A stretch of 64,000 bases of DNA, taken from Mytilus trossulus (Eukaryota). Positions 55,701-64,000 of the stretch are shown here, piece by piece; positions within the stretch are counted from its first letter, which is position 1; the number at the start of each line of letters is the position of its first letter. The position numbers and the translations under genes were made by a program. The stretch spans positions 21,452,001-21,516,000 of the forward strand of contig NC_086386.1 of NCBI RefSeq assembly GCF_036588685.1, in the 5' to 3' direction. Under the pieces are notes generated by a model. It made no database searches and had not been told where the DNA came from. It saw only the letters and a list, made by a program, of their open reading frames with translations.

Positions 55701-56161
55701 ATTACCCTAAGTCTTTCCAATTTTTTGTGGAAAGACCTATTGTATTTGGTCTGAAATTTTGCGTTATGTTTTTGTAATTCATAAACTGTTAATCTTATCC
55801 ATCTTACGTCTTTTTGTTGAAGACATTTGTCCAAATTTGAAAATTAGATCTACGTCAATGGTTAAGGTCATGTTATCACTTTGACTTTTTTAACTGAGTA
55901 CCTCATAAAAAAGGTTATTAACAATTTACAATATGCTATTTGTTTTTGTATTCAAGATAAATATATTTAATTGATGGATACTATTTCATTTATACAATTT
56001 AGATTTATGAGGTAATAGTTAACTGTTGAAAAATACGCGTGTGAAAAGATTCTTTACCAAGTGATGATAAGCTAATTGGCATTGCATTATATGATAAAAC
56101 AACATAAGATACCACAAAAAAAAAACAACCAATAACAACAAAACACTGTCTTATTATACAT
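40676..56161 (-). CDS. Gene B: paralog of gene A, type I single-pass membrane protein, 11 coding exons, ~414 aa
   Basis: Exons 56161-56113 (tentative), 54987-54810, 50060-49957, 49034-48897, 47982-47803, 45749-45646, 45326-45215, 44451-44443, 44131-43940, 43379-43323, 40797-40676. GT-AG introns with the same phase series as gene A; all 10 mature ectodomain Cys conserved. Confidence 0.85.
40996..41297 (+). mobile_element. Non-autonomous element with ~150-bp palindrome plus CCAAT tail
   Basis: Reverse-oriented copy at 56522-56825. Confidence 0.8.
43323..43379 (-). CDS. Gene B exon 10 (DGSSTERNNRRSIIFESTI)
   Basis: ttcttaatag / G|GTAAAT; symmetric phase 1-1, position equivalent to gene A exon 10. 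Confidence 0.65.
   Translation of the reverse strand: MDRPLKEITDVVLYLNLP
43940..44131 (-). CDS. Gene B exon 9 (short stalk, TM helix VGIIAGVVVVLILLIAGAIGGFIFY, HKYKKK)
   Basis: tttatacag / GTAAAT. Confidence 0.92.
44443..44451 (-). CDS. Gene B exon 8, 9-nt microexon (E-T-C)
   Basis: cttttccag|AAACCTGTC|gtaagt. Confidence 0.85.
45215..45326 (-). CDS. Gene B exon 7 (AVSGSSVSSNTGSC...LSAY)
   Basis: ttttag / GTAGGC. Confidence 0.88.
45646..45749 (-). CDS. Gene B exon 6 (GGEFYATKYV...RFTCL)
   Basis: ttttattgcag / GTAATT; 104 nt. Confidence 0.9.
47803..47982 (-). CDS. Gene B exon 5 (WFPDALLGVYAYT...WDAC...NYTQC...GS)
   Basis: ttttccag / GTAAGT. Confidence 0.92.
48116..48512. mobile_element. 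MITE with GAG...CTC ends and TTAA TSD (Sola-like) in gene B intron 4
   Basis: ttaa|gaggctgtcca...tggacaccctc|ttaa. Confidence 0.78.
48897..49034 (-). CDS. Gene B exon 4 (TEENAADTRISF...CNPTSGPSAEEFHVLVKE)
   Basis: tttttctag / GTAAGT. Confidence 0.92.
49957..50060 (-). CDS. Gene B exon 3 (STNSEEIYGPKYYGFYCVRY...YYLDS)
   Basis: cttacag / GTGAGT; 104 nt. Confidence 0.92.
51044..53753. mobile_element. Two tandem copies of a TTAA-flanked element (GACAG...CTGTC) with identical ends and different interiors
   Basis: 51044-51321 = 51780-52057 (offset 736); 51391-51779 = 53365-53753 (offset 1974). Confidence 0.8.
52231..52640. repeat. Tandem repeat with alternating short and long units (~182-bp dimer)
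   Basis: catgagtttcatgacgaagcataaaaca...catagaccaagctactacgacctctg, four copies plus a remnant. Confidence 0.85.
54810..54987 (-). CDS. Gene B exon 2 (ECACTLPTVLDGNIWDS...CIESDSTHWLF)
   Basis: tttcttttag / GTAAGT. Confidence 0.92.
55313..55470. repeat. Two inverted, abutting copies of the actcatcagtga-family repeat
   Basis: tacgccagacgagcgtttcgtctac..gactca / tgagtcttttgtagacgaaacgcgcgtcttgcgta. Confidence 0.75.
56113..56161 (-). CDS. Gene B candidate exon 1 (MYNKTVFCCYWLFFFC)
   Basis: ATG plus hydrophobic peptide and a phase-1 but weak G|GTATCT donor. The frame depends on a 10-nt homopolymer. Confidence 0.45.
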
Positions 56162-56521
56162 TTCTTAACGAAATCAAAATAAAAACTGTAATGTATTATA
56201 CGTTTATATGAATGCTTCATGTGCAAATATTAACTTAGAAAACAAACTCATACCTAAAAACACTTCAAATACGAACAATGGTTAATTATGTATCTGAATT
56301 CTGACAAAAGTTTAACTTATATTGTTTGTTTTTTTTAGTCTAGTAGGTTACCATTAAAGGCCATAACCATCACACTTACATATCATGGTTTGTAGAGTGT
56401 TATATAACCTTTCGGCGGTTTTATTGTTTTTTGCTTAAGTTTTATCAGTATATCTTCACTTATTGCATGTCAATTCTTCGTTTCGTATCTTATGCCTTTT
56501 TTTCACGTATTGTAATACAAA

Positions 56522-56825
56522 ATTATTTAATTTTGGATGTAACGCGTCTTCTGATTGGCTGACGTCGTTTTGTTAATCATATCATAGACATAATTTTGTT
56601 ATGTGACCATGACGGCATCAACGTTTTTCATGATTTACGCCTGTTTAAAATGAAATCTAGAATAAAATTATAGACATAACTGTGTATATTTTGTCAGTCT
56701 ATTCGAAATAACATAAAAAAATGTGGTGCACACTGTTAAATAACCCGCTACGGGCGTTATTCAGTGTGCACCACATTTTTCATGTTATTTCTTCAAAGAC
56801 AGAAAAAATATTACAGTCATTCCTT
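56522..56825 (-). mobile_element. Second copy of the palindrome-plus-CCAAT-tail element
   Basis: Reverse complement of 40996-41297. Confidence 0.8.
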
Positions 56826-57562
56826 AAATAACCAAAGAAGCACATACAACTAGCATGACTGTTTGTATATAGCGGTAATACAACTTTCACGGCAAATTTA
56901 CTATTACATATATTCTCTTATTACTAAATTATAAAAGCTTGATATGATAGAAAGCTTCAACATGTAAAGCTTAGTTTATCTCTATCTTATTATTATAAGT
57001 GTGTTACCTAAAATGTATTGTGTCAAAATGTACTTCAAATTCCCTGTTACAAAGAAAATTCTGTATGTAATCCGATATTATACTGCCTCTCGTCAAACGA
57101 GATCGGAGGGATGTGGTTTATAAAGGATAAAGAGAAGCGATATACGCCAAATTCAATTTAAACTCATAAGGCGAGAATAAAGTAACAACTTTATGGTACA
57201 AACAGACGAACATTAGTTCACAAAACACAGCATGTAAAATTGAAGGTTGACCGACAGAAACCCCAGTAGGACATTTGGGTGATCGTAAGTGCTCCGGAAG
57301 GGTAAGCAGTTCCTGCTTCACATATGGCACCCGTCATGTGGTGGTCATATAAGAACTGACTCAGAAGGTTACATTTGAAGGCAAATGTTATGATGTATAA
57401 AATAATGATTGTTGTTCGGCTAGCCAAACCTCCTGCTTATATGGCGATATATAAAATACTGCTTAAATAACAACACTACGTGACCGGAATACATTACACA
57501 CAAGCGAAATAACTTTCAGCAAAGAGAAAAACATAAATAAATCATACAACTGTACATTAAAT

Positions 57563-57662
57563 CATGTACACAGCAGAACAACAACGGACATCTCCCTGAA
57601 ATAAAAGTTTAAAACATGTACACAGCAGAACAACAACGAACATCTCCCTGAAATAAAAGTTA
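57563..57662. repeat. Local 52-bp tandem duplication
   Basis: catgtacacagcagaacaacaacg...gaaataaaagttta twice. Confidence 0.85.
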
Positions 57663-60144
57663 CCAAAGAACGCCATAAACTGCGCGTCATATGAGTAGTA
57701 GATTAACGCCGTAAAAAGGGACGCATATATTATCACAAGTTATCTCGAGAGATATACAATTATATGGAACGAAATTGAAAAATTCACAAATATTTTCAAA
57801 ATATTAGTTTACATAATTATCATGATTATGACGGTCATGAAAGTTTATTCTGACTGAGATGGTAAATCCCAATCTAAGACATAGCAACATGACATAAGTT
57901 AGTGTAGACACATACAAAATGTTTAGATCAACCGATTGTTATTTTCAGGGGAAATGACTTAAATTTTATGGACTGTCAATTTGAAGCTTTCTTCCTAATA
58001 AATCTGTTAGAAAAGTTTCTGCATTAGAGAACAATCCTGCCACAATCCGTATAGTGTGAGCACACATGATCATAAAATATTAATTGAGATATGTAAACAC
58101 CATACAACAGAGCAGATGGTATGTTACTGCTAAGTTAACTGTGACCCAAACGCATGACCATGTTGCAAATGAAACTAAGGTCTTTTTTTAAATATTCCTT
58201 TTTAATGTCTACACATAATAAAAACAGGTCCAACAAGAATAAGAAAGAAACAATGATTTTTTAGTGTTGTTATTTCAAACTACAATACCACGGCTACAAA
58301 TAACACATTACTTCGTAAATCCTTCTTTTTAAATGACTTCCTTTTGAAATGTGGGTATCAAAACGTTTTGTCCTTATATATTGAAGATAAACACACAAAA
58401 CACAATGCGTAAACTTAACTTTTCTTATAGTTATAACTAGTGCTTTACTAGAAAGACAATTAAAACCTGTGTTCAAATATTTGAAGTTCATATCTTTTAA
58501 AAACTAGTTAAACAAATATTGATAGCTTTTATTTTTTTCCCAGGAAGGTTGATATTGGTTTTGTCTACCTTTACAATTAGACTTGATGACCTGGATTAAT
58601 TTCGAAGACTCATTCCCAATACTAGTTATTAATATTAAGTTCGTTTTAAACAAGACAACATTAACTATCTGGAGATTTCAAATGTTTCTTTTCCTAATCC
58701 AGGGTTTAATGGTACATGTAATGTCAAATTCAACCAAAAAGGGTAACGTGTGTTATATACTGAAATGTTTTACTACAAAAAAGTCTACAAAGCTAGACTT
58801 TTACATACATGAACATCCGTTATTTTTTCCAAATCCTCAGAGTTGTACTGATATTGGAGTACAATGTACTATCCTTTAGTACTTAACACACAGCTTTTTC
58901 GTTTACGGTGACTTCAATGGATGAGCCTTAAAGTTTAATGATGGACAATAGGGTATAAGTTCTGCTCATCGTTAGAATGTCGTACGGTGATTTATAATTA
59001 TTTAATTTTCTATTTGTGGATGCATGTTGATTTGGCATTAAATACTTGTAATTATTTGTTAGAAATGTATCTTCAATTTACAAAACTGTCACCCGTCTTC
59101 CTATCTATGACCTGTAACAAATCATTTTAGATTTGTAACAAGTGTAAATTATTTGGGTTAGCGTGTTTACATAAGAACACTGCGTCCTCCTCCGAGACTT
59201 AATGAAATACACCGAGTAAATTGTACTCAAAGTGAATAATCATTGATAATGCAGTGGTGTGGACAAACAAAAATAATTATGTAAATGAACCTTTATTACT
59301 TTGGCTTAGTGAAATGACAATTATTGGATTTTAAAGAAACATGGTATGAGAGTACAACGATTTCCTCCTGTAAGGACATTACAATACATTTATAATCATT
59401 TATTCAAACATGCACTTGCTTTTAACTTAATCCGGGATACTTTTTAAATGACCTTTACAGAAGATTTTATGGATTTTTGTTGTTTAGTCTGATTTAAATA
59501 ATCCCACATACATGTAATCGTTGTCAAATTACAATTACATATGCTCTAAACTCTTACTGATAAAGAAATATAATTGGGCTAAGTTTATGATTCAACGCAG
59601 TATATTACTGGAGATATGGATCATCTACCTTGTCTTATAAAATTAGAAAAAGATCAGTACTTAGGTACTGGTTTCAATAAAGACCGTCCACCAATTATCA
59701 TAATAAGCAACATGTATGGTACAATTATATTGACAAGGACTAATTACATTGTGTTCTGCAAGTCATTTTTAATCTGTAAACTGTCTTTAGACTACCAAAT
59801 CTATTGGTATGAAATTTGCAGTGTGTTAATTGAATTGAAGCTTATCCAATCATTTACAGCCACTTCGATTGAGGACATAAAGGTTGTTAATATTTGTAAG
59901 ATTTTCAATTTTTTAAATTTATCTCTAAAACATACAATATATTGAAGATTAAATACTATAAAATAATTTCACTTCAACTACCATGACCAATATATCATTA
60001 CAAAAATAATTTTGACAGTGATGTATCTAATTAAACAAATAATATTCAATCTTCGATTCAACTTTCGTTTAATAAGGCATTTCATATGATGTCAATAGTG
60101 TTGCGTTTCACCGTTGTAGTTCATATGTTAACTGGAAGACATGG

Positions 60145-60350
60145 AAGACACATTATCTGTATGCTCTTCAACTTCGTACTTTATTTGGCCTTTTTAACTT
60201 TTTTGGATTCGAGCGTCACTGATGAGTTTTTTTTGTAGGTGAAACGCGCGTCTGGCGTATATACTAAATTTAGTCCTGGTATCTATGATGAGTTTATTTA
60301 AATGGTCGGGTTGTTGTCTCTTTGACTCATTTCCCATTTCCATTCTCAAT
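60145..60350 (-). repeat. actcatcagtga-family repeat followed by a cccatttccattctcaat repeat end
   Basis: Matches 55395-55470 and 37620-37670. Confidence 0.72.
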
Positions 60351-62101
60351 AGTATGTCACTCTATCCCAACACATAATTCTGACCAGTCTTTGCTCTAAT
60401 TCCTAAATATCGCTTGCCCAGCTGAGTAGTATCAAATAAAGTGTAAAGGTCATATGAACTCGTGTACCCTAGGCGAGCATGGTACTATGATACCCTATGA
60501 TATAGTTATTAGTTCGTTAATTGATATTAGATGGACCAAAAAAGGAAGTTTAGAAACTATTGAATCTTTATGTTGTTATATTTTTGGCCTGAGTAAAAAA
60601 AGTTTGAAATCCTTATTCAATTTTCCATACAGACATGTTTGGGCAGCAAATTGGTCTGTTACTCAAACAAATATTAACATCTTCAGAAACACTATTTACA
60701 CGTCACATAGATAACAAATTTTACAATGTAAATAAGGGTAAAACAGACGACTTTAACAAAAGCATGGTGTATTCGAATTTCGTTATGAACGGGGTTGTTA
60801 TATATAATCACAGCTATTCTACTTAAATATACAGCCTTTAAATATGCCTATTCATTTATTCTTACATTAACATGGTTTCATCTTATTCTTAAGTTTTACA
60901 AAAGATCTCCATAGATTCTGTTGTACAATCTAATTACATAATTTATCCTTTAAGATAACCATTATAGTTGATTTCATAATATAGCCATTTATTTATGAAA
61001 TTTCACTTTTGTGGAAGTTAGTGATTAGTTGTGTGACAGCTATCATTTTATAGAACTTATGATTGAATGCAATCTATTATGTTACACTTGAACTGTTCAC
61101 TTACTCTCTTTTGAATACACCAAAGGAGAACTATGGGACTGTTGCTTTAACAATAAATTCCTACAATAACCACACTTAATAATATGGAATACTACAATAA
61201 AGAATATGAAACTGAATTGTAGGTACTAACTCCAAAAAGGCAAAAGAAATCAACAGTTACAAAGAACATTTGATTATTCTTTACAATATATTCGAGCAGT
61301 TAGATTATGATTTGAAAAACTATTAACATTTCAACCGATTTTTTTTCCAGTCTGTCAGTCATATGTGAAATATGCATACTGCATACAGACAGAATATTTT
61401 ATACTTATCAAACGCTTAGCTTGGTGTCAATTAAATTTATGTGAAACTTTAAATTCAATTAAGCAAGTGACATTAAAAGAAAATTATTTCTCTTATCAAA
61501 ATCTTCATAAACATACCGTTATTGAATTGTTGACTTCCCAGACATTTATTCGCAGATATTTTTCTGTATGCATCGACCTAAACTACGAGACATGTCGTTA
61601 TAACTAAGGCCTCTGCATAGTGCAAGTGGAAGGGGGGACCGTGATGAAAGAATGTAAACACAAGTGTTCTTGAAGAAAAATAGAAAATAACTGGTTCTTT
61701 ACTGGTGAAATATCAGACAGCTGACAGAAAATTTTATACTTGTCTGACACTTATCTTGGTGTCAAGTAAAGTTATATGAAACTTCAAATTTAATTCAAAC
61801 AAGATTACATGTTTAAATTTATTTGGAGGTTTACTCTACAAAGAAGTGAATGTCATTTATTTTATAAAAAGAAAATATTTCTGTACTAAAATAGTGGATT
61901 AAAACCGATAGTATAGCTAGCAAAACCTCTCACATTTATGACAGTCGCATAAAACGCCATAATATTGTTAACACTGTGTGAACAAAACAGACACTATAGA
62001 TAAAAGTGTCAACAAATAGGGATGCAGCAGTCAACATTGTGTTAAAGTCTTAATCACTATAGAAAAATAGCTTAAACACTATAAAAACAAATTTAATCAC
62101 T

Positions 62102-62211
62102 ATAAAATCAATCAAATATGTCAACTATGGGGCGTTTGAAATTTGCGCCTATTTTTATAAAATCAAACAAATATGTCAACTCGCGGGCGTTTGAAATTTG
62201 CGCCTATTTTT
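62102..62211. repeat. Local 55-bp tandem duplication
   Basis: ataaaatcaa.caaatatgtcaact...gggcgtttgaaatttgcgcctattttt twice. Confidence 0.8.
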
Positions 62212-62389
62212 AATTTCTATCTTTCATTAACGCAGATTGTGAACAGGTAAATTATGTTATGTTTGTATTTATCATTATACACCTCTTCCATTGACCAGTT
62301 GTATATATGCTGTTAATTTTCAATTATAATATGCATAGAACTGTTGCCCCCTCAAATAAAGTGTTGTTGATTTCATCAGACTGGGAGCT

Positions 62390-63560
62390 GGTGGAGGAAA
62401 TCCAGTTTGTTGGATAAAGCAAATCCTGACCGTTACTTATGTCGAAATTAAAACTCCTGAAATGACATACAAGCCAGAGAAAGGAATGATGGATCTCGTT
62501 GTTGGCAAGTACAAAAAGAATAGATTTTAACTATAACCTGTTGGTGTGGTTTTGGAACACTGAATTCACAAATTGAAAGGCGAGTTCACATATGTAAAGA
62601 TCCTATGTGATAGCCGTACAGCTGTTGGAATCTTAACTCAGAACTGGAAGTCAAATAACTGCATTGACACAAACACAGATGATAAAAAAACATTTAGACC
62701 CTCCTAGGAGGCGACATACGAAATAACCTAAATATCTGGGACAATACCCCTAATGCGCCTTGAAATGAGGAACACAAAAGTCACGTGTAAACAAAAAATC
62801 TCTGTGTAGTGATAATTGACACATTTCTATGATAAACAAATGACTGAGCTGAACCATTAGTGTTAATTTAGAAAATAAGGGAACACAAAATAAATGTGTA
62901 AAAACCATGCAGCTATGAAATTTGTTCAAAGTATTAAAATTTCAAAGAACTTATTGTGTTAAAATTGGGATTTTTTACCCTGAGGAGCGACATCGCAAAA
63001 GGATACTCGGGGTTTGCTAAATTACGGGAAAATGAATCACACTTCGTACCCCGAAAATTTAACCACATATGTAAAAATGTCTGAGCTTCGAAACAAGCCA
63101 TCATACATATACAAGTTAACGATATGGGCTGAGCAACAGAAGAAAACGTTTCCATTACGGCCTATGGAGAAACAATTGCGCATATTGCCCCATCTATCTT
63201 GGATCCATGCCATGCTAATGGTGACACGAACGAGATATCAGACCAGTTATCAAAAGATGCAGCACAGGAGGTCTCTAGTTTAAATGACCAGTACAACATC
63301 AGTACAATGCAATATGTGAAAATTGCAGTTATGATGGCAACAAATCTTAAACGACAAATTTCATGCTCTAGAAGTAAAACTGGGAGAGAACTACGCCAAT
63401 AAATACGTGTTTTTTGTAAGGCCCATCAACTTGATTATCATAATCCAGTAATAGAAAGAATCATTTCAGAATTCAGAACTGACTACAATAGGTTAAATAA
63501 ATACTGCCAGCAAATAGACCAATCTTTCAAACGCCTTATTGTGAATGTCCTATTCTATAT
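62390..63560 (+). mobile_element. Decayed 3' part of an RNase H-containing LINE (I/Nimb/Ingi-like), interrupted by a ~470-bp insertion
   Basis: ILCDSRTAVGIL (RNase H D-S motif); WI/PCHANGDTNEISDQLSKDAA (WIPGH..GNE.AD.LAK); EFRTDYNRLNKY...CEC. Confidence 0.78.
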
Positions 63561-64000
63561 TCAACGACTTTTTATCAACAACGTTTACAGATTTTGTTCA
63601 AATACAACTAAGATTCACATTAAGGTATGTCTGTGCATGCCTTTAAATATTGGCGTGAATTGACAAAAAAAACCATCTGTTAAACAAAGAGCAGTGTAAA
63701 GCCGATGTAGGTAATAAATATATATCTCTCATGACGCGTTAAATGTACAAAGGAGTGAAGAAATGTCACCTTGGGTTACAATGAGGAACAAACAATGTTT
63801 AAATGTTTATCTATATCAATGAAGCTGATCATATATAAGCGTATATACTATAATTCTATACCTATAGAAAAACTAGTGAAAGGGGAGGAATCAGTTAAAC
63901 AGGTTCATCAAATAAATATTTCTATCGATAAAAAATCTATTAATCTGATTTATGAAATATATGTAAGCCATTTTTTATTACATGTACCTTATTGAAGAAG

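Overview
AT-rich eukaryotic genomic DNA. The interspersed repeats look like those of bivalve molluscs, probably Mytilus (recalled, not verified). None of the long ORFs in the supplied track is a credible gene. (1) 1-8960 is a C/A-rich 43-bp minisatellite made of two diverged subfamilies, separated by relic units and containing a near-perfect 2889-bp higher-order duplication. (2) 9-20 kb is repeat-rich intergenic DNA with a decayed Tc1/mariner transposase and a decayed CR1/L2-type LINE. (3) The main content is two tandem minus-strand paralogs, each with 11 coding exons, reconstructed by hand from GT-AG sites and intron phases. Gene A spans 33773->23165 (~524 aa). Gene B spans ~56161->40676 (~414 aa; first exon uncertain). 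Both encode uncharacterised type I membrane proteins: signal peptide, 10-Cys ectodomain resembling the DUF7044/DUF7042 architecture, Ser/Thr stalk, one TM helix and a Pro-rich tail. Both keep a 9-nt microexon (E-T-C) that supplies the tenth cysteine. (4) Introns and flanks hold TTAA-flanked non-autonomous DNA transposons, palindromic elements, a rearranged tandem element pair at 51-53.8 kb and an RNase H-bearing LINE relic at 62.4-63.6 kb. No rRNA, tRNA or CRISPR was seen.
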